Part shown: positions 43,198 to 58,199 of the stretch, piece after piece
Numbering within the stretch: position 1 is the first letter of the stretch
How the letters are laid out: every line of letters starts with the position of its first letter
From: Salpingoeca rosetta
Taxonomy: Eukaryota; Protista; Choanoflagellata
Direction: 5' to 3'
Length of the DNA: 64,000 nucleotides
Assembly (NCBI GenBank): GCA_033442325.1
Contig: JAWQFM010000001.1
Coordinates: 1,897,479 to 1,961,478 of the forward strand
Position numbers and translations under genes: made by a program
Notes under the pieces: model-generated
What the model saw: the letters and a program-made list of their open reading frames with translations, nothing else
Database searches by the model: none
What the model was told of the DNA's origin: nothing

Positions 43198-43661
43198 GCC
43201 GTGATGGTGATGTTGCAGTGCAAGGTCGTGGCGAGGAGGAGGACGCGATCAAGACGGAGCAGTCGGACGCAGCCGACCAAAACGCACCACAACCTGACCG
43301 GCCCAGCAATGACAGTTCTGACAGCGACGAGACCTACGAAGAAGACGACAATGGCGGTGATGATGAACGCCTGGCCGTCGAAACAGTAGCAGCTGCGGCA
43401 AGCAGGACAGGCCCTGTTGAGCAGGCAGCGGCTGATGCTGGTGCAGAGGACGACGAGCGGGAAGCCAGCAGCATCGCGCCACCGCCACTGGTGCCGACTG
43501 CGGAACAAGTCATGGAGGCCATCCACGCGCAACGCGCTGGCATCCGTGATGGCGGCGAAGCGCAGTCTGCATCCGGCTCGTCTTCCTCTTCGTCCTCCTC
43601 TGCCTCGCCCTCTTCCTCCAAGCCTGCTTCTGTAGCACATGCTCCACAAGTCGCAGCCTGA
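39543..43661 (+). CDS. Hypothetical multi-exon protein: Met/Gln/His-rich N-terminus, ubiquitin-like (Crinkler-header-like) domain, basic domain, poly-Asp acidic tail
   Basis: Long first exon 39543-~40668; exon ~41546-41911; small exons near 42176, 42430 and 42728; last exon ending TGA at 43661 with a (GAT/GAC)n poly-Asp run at 43119-43196. Joining these into one gene is inferred. Confidence 0.6.
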
Positions 43662-44169
43662 CCCTGTTGCTCATCGTGCATGTGTGTGTATGTGTGCGTG
43701 TGTATGTGTGCGTGTTTTGTCCACTGCGATGCTTGGTTTGGTGTGGACGTCCTTGTCCTTAATGACAACTTTTGAAGAAGCCAAGTGTTACATGCACCTC
43801 CCAGCATACTTGACTTGCTTCTCATTTTGACGTGCTTGTTGCTTTGCTGTTCGCGTAGGCTGTCTTTCTTGTTTCCTGCTTTTCTTTGCTGCTCTTGTTC
43901 ACCTGCTGCCTGTGCTCTTTTGCTTGCCTCCAGCGTGGCTGGCGTGCGTATCATTCGTTTGACGTGACGAACCACATGTCCCTGCTTGCCTGTCTTGCTT
44001 GCTTGTTCCTGCTCTCCTGCTCTCCTCCTGCTCCCCTGCCCTCCTCTTGCCTCTCGTGTAGATCGTTGTAAAAGATATACAACAATTTTCCACAACCAAC
44101 GCAAACAGCACACTGCGAACGCGCTGCATCTGCCACTACTCGCTGCCACACACGCACACACACACAATC

Positions 44170-44921
44170 ATGGACGATGCGATTGAGCGCAAGCGTCGTG
44201 AGCTGGAGGACATTGAGAGCAAGATCACTCAAGTCACAGGCGCGAACCCAAACGAGAGGTGTGTGTGTGTGTGTGCGTGTGTGTGTGTGTGTGTGGTTAC
44301 CTTTTGCTTTGTGTGTGCTTGACCTTGTGTGCGTATGTGCGTACATCTTCCTGCCTGTGTTTCTCTGTTCGCACCTGCTCCTTTCGTGCTCTCGCCCTCA
44401 CATCAACTTTGTGCCATCAACCAGGCGGCTCCGCAACAAGCCGCAACAAAGGAGGCAACATGACCGGTGAGATGATGATTCGCGTTGACCCCATGCACCT
44501 GCATGTATGTGCACATGGGTGACCTTGTCTGTCGACAACAGTATGTCTTGCACACGTTGTGGCTTTTTGTTGACACCTGTGTTGCTCTATGACAGTCCCA
44601 AGCGAGGGCCATCAGACCGCCACATGAGGGAGGATGATGACGCTGATGACGAACAGTTCATGTCTGGGAGGCTGCGCAGTACCATCGCAACGTATGTCTT
44701 TGTTCAAATACAGCTTCTGATGGTCGAGGCTTGCAGTGTACTTCATGGCCCAGCAGTGTATGCTTTGTTGTGCTGGCTTTCTTGGCTCATGCTGGCACCC
44801 TGCCACTTTGTGATGTGACAGGAAACGTTCTCGCAACGGATCCTCCTCTGTAATCCCTGAGCGGTATCGTCTACATGTGTGTACATGTGTGTGTGTATGT
44901 GGTGGTGGTGGTGGTGGTGGT

Positions 44922-44970
<49 letters not shown>

Positions 44971-45650
44971 GTGTGTGCGTGCGTGTTTCCGTGCAAGGTT
45001 TGAAAGTCGCAGTTGCAGTTTCACTGGATGACACCATGCTGTTGTCACTCACACACACTCTCACACACACTCTCTCTCCCTCTGTCTTTCTCTCATGTTG
45101 TCACGCTTGCTTGGTTCACGTTGCGTTCAGGTCTCCGTCAAAGCCAGAGGCACCTCGCAGGCCTTCTTTGTCCGGGGGTGACGGCAAAAGCGCTGCACGG
45201 TACGCTGACATACACACACACACACACTATGAAATGCACTCTTTGCGAATTCATGGCCACACAAAGGAACACACACACACACACACACATATGCAGCATG
45301 CGATGCTGATCACACGCTTCTGTTGCCAATTTCGGTTTATCGCAGCAACCGCCGCATGTTTGGAATGCTCATGGGAACGCTAGAGCAAGCCAACAAGCGC
45401 ACCGAAAAGTCAACAACGGTGAGGATGACGTGTGTGGATGTGTCAAATTAGTGTGCTCTGCACTTGGGCGCGCGTCTAGTGGACCCTTTGTGCGCCTTGT
45501 GTCCAGCTGGCACCGCTCTCGTCCATCAACCACCACACCTGGTGTTGTGATGTGACTTCACAACGCCAACACCTGCTTCGCTCCACAACCCAACAGCAAA
45601 AGAAGTTTGACGAGATTGACCAGAGACTGCGAGAACAGACAGAGAAGGTG

Positions 45651-45747
<97 letters not shown>

Positions 45748-46224
45748 TACCGTCTTTGCTTGTGGATGCTCGCCCTTGCGGGTGTGAAAGTGCTGCGCGC
45801 TTAACGGTTTAATCGCATTTCTCTAGTTCCGCCCATCTCATACACCCACATCTTCGTTGTTCGTGTCTGTGTACATGTGTGTGTGTGTGTGTTCGTGTGC
45901 ATCGCAGGAGCGGGAGGAGTCGAAGCAGGAGCGCATCCAACTGTACACAGAGCGCCGTGCGAAGCAGGCCGAGCTCCTCACCCTCGAACAGAACGCCGTG
46001 CTTCCGCGCTTGGTGTGTATGTGTGTGTTGTGTGTGTTTGTGTGCGTGGGCGGGCTGTTCATGATGTCATTGTGATGGTAGCAACTACGTGCCCAGACTC
46101 ATTGCACAAGTACACGCATGCGCGTTGCGCTTCCACCACAGACGGATGAGTGGCAGGCACACTACGACTCCCTTAAGGTGGCCATCAAGACAAAGGCATC
46201 GCCCCCAATCTTCTTCCTCCCGGT

Positions 46225-46304
<80 letters not shown>

Positions 46305-46817
46305 TGCGTATGCGCGAGAGCCATCTTACAACAAGCTGTGACCTCGTCGCCCACGCATGTCTGCGGTGTCAGGGGAAGCACACTGAGAAGACGCGGGAAC
46401 TGCTTGAGGAGACGAGCAAAGACATTGACCAGCTCGTATCGTTCCGGAAAGACGACTACTGGAAGGTACGCTTGCACGCTTGCACGCTTGCACGCTTGCA
46501 CGCTTGCATGCTTGCATATACCCTGCTTGTGGTCATGTGCTATTCTCCCCAATGCGATTATCCTGTTTCTTCTCACGGTGCGCATGGCTTCCATGCCGAA
46601 TGATGGCTTCTAGGTGTTGTTGCCTGCACGGCTGCGAGGCGACGGCACAGAGGACCACGATGACGACGAAGACATTGGCGAAGAGAACGGCCACGGTGGC
46701 GATGATGGTGATGCGCACACCGCAACTGGCCATGGCATGGACGAGGGCGGGGACCAAGGTGCTGGCACAGGCGAGGAGAAGGCAGCACAGCAAGACAGCA
46801 AGGACACGGCACAGTAA
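44170..46817 (+). CDS. PNN: Pinin/SDK/memA homolog (PSAP/EJC-associated splicing factor), spliced
   Basis: MDDAIERKRRELEDIESKITQVTGANPNER; NRRMFGMLMGTLEQ (pinin RNRRIFGLLMGTLQ); IKTKASPPIFFLP/GKHTEKTRELLEET (IRTKTKPHLFYIPGR); acidic tail. Confidence 0.85.
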
Positions 46818-46841
46818 TGTTGCGCGAGGCATGACCTCGAT

Positions 46842-46934
<93 letters not shown>

Positions 46935-47362
46935 GCGAGCAAGCTTGTTGCTGCCTTTTGTCGCTTGTCGCTTTGTTTCCTTGGTGTTGAGATCGAGTCC
47001 AGTTCCTTTTTCTTGCATCTTTATGATGTGCAGCAACAAAGTAGAAGTTTGGGGGGGGGGGCATCTACAGGAATGAATGAAGAACCAAATGAAGCCAAAA
47101 ACGTGAACAATCTGTTGTGTGTTTTGTGTGATTGCTTTGTTGGCGACAACACAACGCCTGCCGCGTGTTGCAGTGAAGGAACCAACAACACAAGTGGAAA
47201 GCGAAGGCAAAGAGAACAAAGGAGAAAACAGAACCCCCATTCGCAGGACATGAATTGGCTGGTTGTGTGTGTTTGAAACAGAGGTGTGTGTGTGTGTGTC
47301 TGTGTGTGTGTGTGTGAACACAAGATCCTTGACGTTGCAAGCAGACCCAGCGCGTGGCGCGT

Positions 47363-48606
47363 CTACTTGTGGTAGAACTTCTTGTTGATGAGGAAGATGA
47401 GCAGGTTGACGTTGACGGTACAGCGGTCGTCAAAGATCTTCATCGTGTCCACGTTCTCATACTGCTTCTGCAGCAGATCCTGGAACACCAGCTGCTCCTT
47501 GGCGAGCGCCATGCCTGCGCCCTTGATGGTGATGTTGAAGATGCCAACCTCATCCGACGACACGTCAATGTGAAGCCCACGAAGCCTGCACAGTGGGAAG
47601 AGGGGGGGGGGAAGGAAGGCAGCGAAACGGGTGAGCAAGTATAAGCGTGACGCTTGCAGCTCAAGTGCGCCAGCACAGGGATTACAGCACAGGGAGTATC
47701 CAGACAGACAGACGAAACAAACAGACAAACAAACGGACAAACAAACGGACAAACAAACGGACAAACAAACGGACAAACAAACAAACAAACAAACAAACAA
47801 ACAAACAAACAAACAAACAAACAAACAAACAAACAAACAAACAAACAAACAAACAAACAAACAAAGAAGGAGCAATGCTCCAAACGCACTGGAAGTCTGA
47901 GACGCCGGTGACAGAGACGAGGACGCCGCGCTCCTTGAGTTTGTGGGCGTTTGTGCTGTATGTGCCAATCCACTGCCCGCTCTCCGTCTCCTTGCGGCGG
48001 TTCGGGCGGAACCAGAAGCGTTTCCTGTCACGGCAACGGGCCAACATCGCACAGATGGCGTCACGCAGGGTGAGCGGGGATAGATGCAGTCAAAACTCAT
48101 GTAACTCTGCACAAGTCATCAGCACAGACGGGTATTGATGATGCACACACTGGGAGTTGCACTCAACATGCACGACAACGCATCGCAAGCATGGGTGGCG
48201 ACGCACTTTGTGGCTGTGGCTTTGCCCATCTGCTTCATGCACTCCTTAACGTATTGGTCGTAGTAGTCCATGGCCTCAGACTGCTGGCGCTTCTTCACCT
48301 CAAGCTCCTCCAGCGTGTGCTTGAGCTTGGCCAGGTCCTGCTTGCGGTGCTGGCGGTAGATGCGCTGGTTGCGAATGTCCTGGGCAACGGCGTTGAGCAA
48401 GTTCTGGTAGCCCTGCTCCTTCGAGCACAGGCCTTCTTTCTCCAACACCTCCGCATTCGACAAAATCTTCTCCTTCGTCTGCTCCAGAGTCGAGCTGCGC
48501 AGCGCATACGCGTGTATGTATGTATGTATGTATGTATGTATGTATGTATGTATGTATGTATGTATGTATGTATGTATGTATGTATGTATGTATGTATGTA
48601 TGTATG

Positions 48607-48640
<34 letters not shown>

Positions 48641-49028
48641 TGTATGTATGTATGTATGTATGTGTAAGTGAGTAAGTGTGAGTTGAGTGTGTGATTGCAT
48701 GTCAAACAGCGAGTGCGTGAGTGGGACAAAGGGTCAAGGGAGCCTCGCTTGCCCACAACACCTCAAGCTGCTGGCATGACAGGAACACTCACAAATCGGA
48801 TCGCTGTTCTGCAATGACGTCTTTCAGGTCTGGATCAGATTGTGCAAGCTGTCACATACAGACCATACAGTTGATGTGTGAGGGCACATGCAGCTTCTAC
48901 TTGCACACAAGCGAACAACCAACAAGCCACAATCTCTGGCCGGCACACAGACACACAACACGCAATACACAAGACTCGCTCTCCTTCACGCACACACACA
49001 CACATACGCACGCTCACACATACGCACG

Positions 49029-49079
<51 letters not shown>

Positions 49080-49681
49080 GGTCGAGTTCAGCGCGGCGTT
49101 TCTTTGTGAATGCCAAGTGCTCCTCCTCCATCTCGCTGGTGGCGGGTGTCTCAAGAATGTCCTTGAGCGTCTTGCCCTGCTGAAACCGGATCACGTCCAC
49201 AACCATGCGCTTCGTCCTGCATACACACACACACACACATCGCACATCGCACATCGCACATCGCACATTACGTATGCACATGAACAGGAGCACAAAGTAA
49301 GCCCCAAGTCAAGTGGGAGGAACGAAAGCAAGGACACCCAAACAAAGGAATTAAGCTGAGGCGAGCACACGTGACACCTAAACATACACACATACACACC
49401 TGACAAAGAGCGCCTTGATGTCGGACGTGTCATCCTCCGGCACCTCAAACTTGTTGGCGAGAAGCATCCACATGGGCACCTTGTTGGCGCTGCGCTCGGG
49501 GCTGTCTGTGGACGGCCAACGCAAACACAGCATTCAGAGGTGGGGAGGAGGGTGGCGAGAGCGTTGCAAAAACAAGAAAGGACGATAGCGTGTGAGCGAA
49601 AAGCTGAGTCCGTTCGGCGGGGGAGGGGGTATGGCAACAGGCAGACAAGACAGACGGACAGCCAAGCCAGACAGACAGGCA

Positions 49682-49748
<67 letters not shown>

Positions 49749-52700
49749 CACCGCATTACACATGGGCAGCGCGCTGCACCTTCGGGCCCAATCTCGTCCT
49801 CGGGCTCGCCAATGGGACCAAGGTCTTCCAGAATCTCGTGAAGCTGCGTGTCGCCTTCGTCAACAAGCTGGTCCGCGTTGACGCTCAGCATCTTGTGCAT
49901 GTAGTAGATGTCCACGGGGGAGATGTTGATTTGCGGCTTGGTGAGCATGACTGCATCAGAGTACTCGTCAATGCCAAAATGCTGCTCCGCCGACATCACC
50001 GTTGCCGCGTCGTGGAAATACGTCCTGCGCGGCAAAGAGAAGATGGAACAAGGGTGTGGAGCAAGTGCATGTCACAAAGGGAGTGGGTGAGTCAGGTAAG
50101 GGGTCAGAAAGGATTTCTGTGTTGCGCAAAGCAGCAACAGACATGTACACACACACACACACACACACAAACGCACATCACACACGCACGAAAAAAAAAA
50201 AAAAACACACACATACACACAAACACAGAGCCGAGCAGACATGCGCGCAAAGGGAGCAACGCAAACAGAAGGGGAAAAGACGTACTTGAACTTCTTCCAT
50301 CCCTCGTAGAGGAACTTGTTGAGCGGGCTTGTCTTCTCGCCCTCAGAGAGCTCAAAGCGCAGCCCAGAGGCAGCAGACTGCAGCAGCTTGGCAATGGAAC
50401 CGAGGTTGCCACGCTTCAGCGGCGTCAGCTCCGTGTGGCCGGACGTCTCAATGACGCCAAACGCCTCTGGCGCGATGATGGCCGGGTTGATGTAGCGGTA
50501 ATACAGCACGTTGCCCAGCACTTTTGTGATCTCCACCTCGGGAGCATCAGGGAACCTGGCCCGCAAGTCCTCCCGCAAGGCGCCACAGATGCTGCGCAGA
50601 CCAAACGGCAGCAGCGACACGTTTGCGAGGATGGAGTCGAGGAACGCCTCGCCAATCTCAACGAGCTTGCTGACAGCCTTGTCCACTGCCGTGCGCACGG
50701 GCTCGTGCTTGAGCGCCTCCTCCCGCGTCACGTCGCGTGGAAGCGTCGACGCAACGCCAGTCTCACGCTCCTGTTGGTTGATCCACTTCTTGTACGCAAC
50801 TTTGGGGTCCGTGTTGAGGTCAAGCGACTCGTCTGCAAGGCACTGTTGCACCAGCGGCCGCAGCGTCGAGGACAGGTACTTCACGCCTGTGTCACACACA
50901 CACACACACACAAGGCATGGAGCGTATGTACAGGAAAAAATGATGACATGTTGGGGTGAGGAGAGTAGCAGAAGTGCACCAGACCCACGTGCACGCACAG
51001 CGATGGACATACAGACAAGAATGCATGTCATGCACACACATCACACGCATCACACACACACATCACACGCATCACACACACACACACACACATCACACGC
51101 ATCACACACACACACACACATGACAACACAAAGCGGCATACCCTGTGAAGAGGAGCGGTACTGGTTGATGACGAGCTTGATGGCTGTGGGATTGCCTGTG
51201 ATGATTTCCTTGACCGTGTTCACCTTCTCCTGGATCTCCGTCTTGAGCGCAGTGCGGTAGAGCTTCAGCAGCAGATACTGCTCGCGCGCGTTGCTGGCAT
51301 AGTTGTAGATGAGCTGGATGGCGTCCTCCAGGAAGCGGCTCGTCTTGTTGTTCGACCACCCGGGCATGGGCTGATCGAGGAAAACAAGTCGGGCGAGAAT
51401 TTCGGGCTTGGTCTGCACCAGGTAGAAGAGGTGCTGGTACGACTCAAGCTTCTGCCGTGACTGCTTGGTAAGGCTCTTCAGGCCGCCCTGTTGGTGCGGG
51501 AGCACGAGCTTCTGCTGGCTGCCGCGCTTGCGCGCCTTCTTCAGCTCCCTGTTCTGCTTCACGACATCATCGAGCTCAATGCGGTTCTTCACCAGGAGGC
51601 CAATCTTGATGTCCATCTGGTTCAGCGCATCGTCCAGCTCGTGGTTGGAGCGGATCGCCAGCACCACCTGGCCCGTTGTGTGTGAGACACGTGTATGAGG
51701 CGTGTGCGAGACACGTGTATGAGGCGTGTGTGAGACGTGTGTGTGTGTGTGTGTTTGTACATGTGATCAGCTCACGTGCATCCACGTGTGCACGTGGCGC
51801 ATCTGGGAACGAGCAGAGGGCAAACCGACCTTCTGCTTGAGCTGTTGACGCTCAAGCTCCTCTGCAAAGTCGAGATCGCTCTGGTCAAGAAGATGCAGGA
51901 ACCGGCGAACTGTCGCAACAGGCGGGTTGTCCACCTGCACCACGACACGAACACACAAACACACACACATCCACACATAAATACACACGCGTTGTGATTG
52001 TGAGCATAGGGAAACAGGCAAGGGCGTGAAATATCCAGTGGCCACGCACGCGTGACTAATTCGCAAACATACGTCGCCATGCAATGTCACACGAGCGGTC
52101 GGCAGCGAACCTTCGTGAGTGTCTTGTATTGCTGGCGTGCCTTCAGGCCCTTGTATGCAGCCTGCGTGGAAATACGAGGACCGCAAGAGGTGTGAGCGCA
52201 CACGCAAAAAAGACGAAGGTGATGGGGCGTGCACATGAGCGCAGGTACGCAACATGCCGGCACCCGTAAACACACACACACACATGCACACACATGCAGG
52301 CACGCGTGAACACACACACACACATGCAGGCACGCGTGAACACACACACATGCAGGCACGCGTAAACACACACACACACCTGGATCTTGATTGCGGCGTC
52401 CTCCTGGGAGTTGAGGTAGTCCAGGCGGTCCTTGTACTGCTTGCGCTGCTTGTAGCCCCTGAACGCCGCCTGAAGTTTCACGGCGTCGCCCTCGTGCTCG
52501 CGAAGATACTTCATGCGCTCCAGATGCTCCTTGCGGCGCAGCATACCGCGGATGTGTGCCTGCAGCGTCACAATCGCCGGCTCCGCCTCCACAAACGAGT
52601 CCCACCGCGCCTGGTCTGCGTTGCACTTGTCAACGACCTCCTGCACCTCCTCGACGCTCAGGTTGTTAGCAATCACCTCCTCCGGCGGCAGCCACTGCGT

Positions 52701-53852
52701 CTCCTTCGTCTCCTTGTTGAAGTAGTAGTCGCGTCCGTCGTCGGTGGCATACTTCTTCCACTTTTTCGCCGCAACCGCGTTGTCTGACTCCTTGCTTGCA
52801 AGCACCGGGGCCAGCGACTTCTGGTACCGCTCCCCGCAGCGGTCCTGCACATTGTCCACTCGCGTATACGGCTCCTGCAGCGTGTGCATGTGCATGCATT
52901 CGTATGTGTGCGTGTGCATGTATTTGTATGTGTAAGCGTGTGTGCGCGTATGCGTGCGAGAGATGCTGTGATTCAGAGTGCACAACGCTTACACGCACAT
53001 ACACACAGATGCAGCCACGAATTACACGCACCTTGAGCTGTGCCAGTGTCTTGTCGGCGTCGCCTTTGCGGATCGCGTCATTCAGCGCAAACAGCGCAGC
53101 CGCATCTGTGCACACGTGCAAATATCAAGCCGGGTAAACATAAGCCGGGACGCAATGCGACAGATAATGACCACTGGCAAGAAACGACTGGACACCATAT
53201 GGTACACACGATGATGCACAAACAAGAGGAGTCAGGACGTACGTTTTGCATTCTCTTCCGCTTCAAAGTTGGCGTCCTTGATCACCTTCTGCACATCATC
53301 ACGGCCGAGCTGTCATTGCCCCATTGTGATGTTTGAAGTGCAAGGAGGAGTAGGTGAGCGGAAGGAAGGCAAACTTGCGCTGTGCCACGGACAGAGCACA
53401 TGGTTTCATTCACAAGTAAAACGCACAACCACACACAAACGCAGACACACAAACTGACCATTTCGCCGCTGACTTCTTCCTTTGCTCGGACGAGTGAGGC
53501 CTGATAGTGCAGTGCACCAGCCTCGTCAACATCCTCAATCGCCAGCACAGGCGCCTGCAGGGCCTCTGTTGAAGGCATACACATGAACATACACGTGTGA
53601 ACGTATGCGCGTGCATGTCAGTGGGACGATCATGTTGCACATTGTGTCGCATGCCAACACGCAACAGCAGTGCTGTAGCCGCAGTTGGTGTGCAAATGCA
53701 TGCCAGAAGAGTAACGAACCAAGTGTTTGCTCTGCTTCGCCTTCGTCGATGCGCTTGTCCAGCTCCTGCAGTGCCGCTTGCACTGAGACATGGAGAGCAG
53801 ACACGCGCAGGTGGTGGAAGATGAGGAAGCACGACAAGAAATCAGCCGGGGG

Positions 53853-53936
<84 letters not shown>

Positions 53937-56818
53937 GCTTGTTTGTTTGTTTGTTTGTTTGTTTGTTGTGTGGTTTCCGTGTCATGATCTTGGTCACAGA
54001 GAACAGGACGCCTTTAAGTTTGGTGCCGTTAGTGTCGACAGCAGGGTGCTTACCAGCCGCTTCGTGCTGAAGTGTCTTGTTGACGTCCTGCAGCACCGCC
54101 CTGATCTGCTCCAGCGACAGCTGAATACCACAAACAGTATCAAGCAACACAAGCAACCACAGTGAGAAAGGATGTGCCCTCAAACATCGCACACACACAC
54201 ACATAAGCAACGCAGCCCACCTTCCACAAGCTATGACCAGTACACAGACATGCCATCCAAAGCCACAGGTTGCATTGTTCGCACCGGGCCGTGTTCGGCG
54301 GTCGCTGTCTTGAGCGCTTCGAGGTAGCGCTCTGTCACAGCACTGTCTGTTGGCGGAAGATCTGCTCGCAGAGAAGAGATAAGGGGCCATGAATGAACAC
54401 ATGAATGAATGAATGCTTGAAGTGAATGCCGTGCTTCGCGCGGTGATTGCGTATAATGGCAATGCATCACATGGTGTGTTGAGGCAGTAGCAGGCTGTCA
54501 CATCGCATCATCAACAATGCTGCGCACAATCAGAACCTCCCACGTGTATGAGAGCGTATGCGTGAGGCATGATGTGTACCATCGCCACTGACCAAGGAGT
54601 TCGGAGCATTCGTTGAAGAGCTCGCGAAGTTCGTCGACGCTTCCGGCAGTGACGGCCTCGTTGATCGCCTGCACAATCTCAGACACTGGCGGCCAAAGGA
54701 GCAACACAACCAGGCCGTGTCATGGTCGAGGTTGGTGAGCCAGGGAAATACCCCTTCACACTGATCAGCTGCCGTACACTCGCGTACGCAAGCACACACA
54801 CGCACGCACACACACAAACACACATCCACGCACACACACACACACACACATCCACGCACACACACACACACGTGCACGCAAACACACAACTCGTACCAAC
54901 GCCCATCTCCCAACGCCCGTCCCAACATGCATCGCACCTCGCTTGCGCTTGGCAGCGGCGTCGTTGCCATCGTTGACAGCCTCCTGCACCTGCTCAACCG
55001 TAAAGTACTCGTCATCGGGCAGGCTGTTCTGCAGGGCGGTCAGCGACACCATGTAGTGCGGTGCAAAGGCTGGATCGACGTCCTTGAGCTCCATGGCCGG
55101 CGTCTGCAGTGCCGTCATCATCTTCTCCTCGTTCTTCTCGTCAATCGCCTCGCTCAGGTCCTGGATCGCTTGCTCAACTAATGAGGGGGGGGGGGTGTTC
55201 GCGTTTTGCAAGCAAGCGCCCAACGCAACAAAGGTGAGTGTGTGAGCAAAGCCAAGGTACCTTCATTCGCATTGTAACAGACACGCCTAAACAAGCTACG
55301 CGGCACTGCCACTCACACACGCATAAAGGCAAACACACGCACCCGCGCATACACATACACGCACGACAACGGCACAGTGGCAATAATAAACGCACTTGCG
55401 GCGCGCTTCTTCTCTGCAGCGACGGTTGTGTTGATGACGTTGATGATCTTCTGGATCTCATCGCGCGTGAGGTTGGTGTCGTACACGTCCACCTGCTCGG
55501 CGTCACCGGCCTGCTGCGAGTCGTTGAGCCCGACGTGTGACGCCTCGGGCGCGTTGGCCGTCTTCTCCATCTTGGCCGCAATGAGCGTGTCGCGGTAGCC
55601 GTCCATGTTCTCCTTGTCAATCTTCTTCAGCTTTGCAGCAGAGGCAGACAGCAGCGGGTACAGCTCGTCGCTCGGCGCTTCCGTTTCGAGCGCCTGGTTG
55701 ATCTTCAAGATGGCTGCGTGCACTGCACTCGCACAAACAGACACACACAGGTGAATGCAACGCCATGTGGTTGACATGTGAGAAGCACGAAGAAAAAAGG
55801 CATAAGCAGACTCACACACGGATTGCTGTTATCCTCTTCCTATGTTGCACACACACACGCACACACACGCACACACACGCACGCACGCACACACACACAC
55901 ACACATACACACACATAGGGCACGTACTCGCTGCGTCGTCCTCGCCAAGTTCCTTTGCCAAGATGCCACCAATCTTGCCAAACTTGGGCATCTGCACGCC
56001 GGCTTTTTGCAGCTCCTGCACAAGATGAACACACGCGCACGGGCGAGGTGGGAGTGGAGATGACGACATGAGCAGGCAGGGCACTCGGCATTGCAGCATA
56101 CATGAACTTGGCAGCATCAACCGACAGACACCAAAGGACAACACAAACCATCGTCGTGATCACAACCAAGACGATCGCCACCACGACCACCAACGCCATC
56201 ATGACCAGGATCACGGGTGCGGACCTGTTCCATGGCAGAGAGCTCTTCCTCCGTAAACTCTGCGACGCCGTGCAGGTCCTCCATCTCTGGGGCGATGCCG
56301 AGGCCAAACAGGTAGCGGCTGAGGGCGTGGATGCAGTAGATGACGCGTGGCATGTTCTTCTTGTCGTACAGGTCGGTGATCTCGGGATAGAAGATCTGGT
56401 GGAACCAGTCGACGCAAGCAGACAGGGACACGGATGCACAAAGACCAAGCACACACACACACGAGAGGTGAGCTAGCTTACAACTGCCACTGCGCCACAT
56501 TGTGTTGAGATTTGACATTCACTCTCAGCCCCTCAATCCCACCACTTATAGCTTCGCACACGCCACATTGCCACACGCACACACGCACACACACACACAC
56601 ACATGCATTGCCACGTGCGCATTGCTCGCACCTCTGGGAACTTCTTCTTCTCCATGGCGCGAAGCCAGTGGTTGATGTTGTCCGTGTGGCGGAAAACAAG
56701 GCCCTTCTCCTACTCATAAATGCACACACACACGCAGTCGCATACATATGCAGTCACCAATGGCACAGCGCTTGTGAGCGACACACAGATACAGGCGCAC
56801 ACATCAACATATGCACAG

Positions 56819-56884
<66 letters not shown>

Positions 56885-57489
56885 GAGGCGGACCTTGTAG
56901 ATTTTCTCTTCTGGATCGTAGATCTTCTTTGGGTTGACGACATCTGGGGCGAAGAAGAGGGCAAGTTTGGCCACAATGACGCCGTTGCGCAGCGCGCCTT
57001 CCAGCTCGCTCGCAGGCGGGAGCTCTGCTTCCAGGCACGCCTCCAGCCACCTTGGGTTGCACGTTCACGAGAGTCACAAGCACGCAATCACACAATCACG
57101 CAATCACACAAGCACGCAAGCACACAAGCACGCAAGCACACAAGCACGCAAACAAGCAAACGTGCGCACACGTGACGTGAGAGGCCGCAGGCAGGCGTGT
57201 GTATGTGTGTATGTGTATGTGTATGTATGTATGCGTGTGTGTGTGATCGTGGAGCGACGGGGTGCAGTGGCAAACATCCAGCGTCGCTGTCACCTCACGC
57301 GCCACAGTCGTACAAAACAGCGACTCACTTTCTTGCTTCCTCAAGATGGCAGAGGTACTCATAGGCGGTGTTGCGTTTGCGGGCCGCGTCAAGCTCAGCC
57401 CCGGACTTGCCTGCGTTGCCAGTCATTTCTCCTCGAGGACCAGCTGCACAACCACAGCAGTGACAGAGCGCACATGAGCCAGGCACAGT

Positions 57490-57559
<70 letters not shown>

Positions 57560-58199
57560 CGTGCGTGCGTGTGTGTGTGTCTGTGTGTGTGCGCGCATGC
57601 GGGCATCCATGTATGTGCATTTGTTCAAAGTCGAACAGTGCACATGCGTGTGGTGCACAAGCACGCACACAGGGTGGGTGGAGCGGTACTGACCATCCTC
57701 GAGGAATTGGCGGCCTTTGCGCGGCATGTTGGTGATTGCCTCGGTGCTCGCTGCGGATGTTCGGCGAGATGCAGTTGAGGCCTCACTAAGGCAGCTACAA
57801 TGCGCGCGCGCGCGTGTGTGTGTGTGTGCGTGTGTGTGTGTGTGTGTGGAGAGTCGGTGGAGAAGAGGGGGCGATGAGGTTGGAACAGGGCAATGCATGT
57901 GGCACATATTGAGCCTTACAAGCAAGCTTGTAAAGCAGCAGCACACAGACTCCGTCAACATGCATGAACCCTCAAGCAACTGAGTGCAGGCAACTGAGTG
58001 CAGGCAACTGAGTGCGGCAGCTTTCCCCCTTTGACACCACCTGGTTGCCAACAAGCACACGATACGTGCAACTGACGTACCTGTCGCTGTTGCGACTGTC
58101 CTCCCACTTGCTCAAATGTGATCCAACTTCTGGTGGAGAGGCGTCAACAGTCGCCGTAGAATCTGTGATAACAAGGTCGTTGTGCTGCACACCCTCCAT
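47363..58199 (-). CDS. IQGAP: IQGAP (CH domain, IQGAP repeats, WW, IQ motifs, RasGAP-related domain, RGCT), multi-exon
   Basis: [29 protein letters not shown]; FRHTDNIN; [25 protein letters not shown]; [15 protein letters not shown]; [29 protein letters not shown]; [14 protein letters not shown] and [12 protein letters not shown]; [13 protein letters not shown]; [15 protein letters not shown]; [15 protein letters not shown]. First exon MEGVQ (58199) splices in frame. Confidence 0.95.
47716..47864. repeat. (CAAA)n / CAAACAAACGGA intronic repeat
   Basis: Read directly from the sequence. Confidence 0.9.
48513..48662. repeat. (TATG)n tetranucleotide microsatellite, next to an IQGAP acceptor
   Basis: Read directly; reads (CATA)n on the transcribed strand. 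Confidence 0.9.
53852..53963. repeat. (GTT)n followed by (GTTT)n intronic repeat
   Basis: Read directly; reads (AAC)n on the IQGAP sense strand. Confidence 0.9.
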
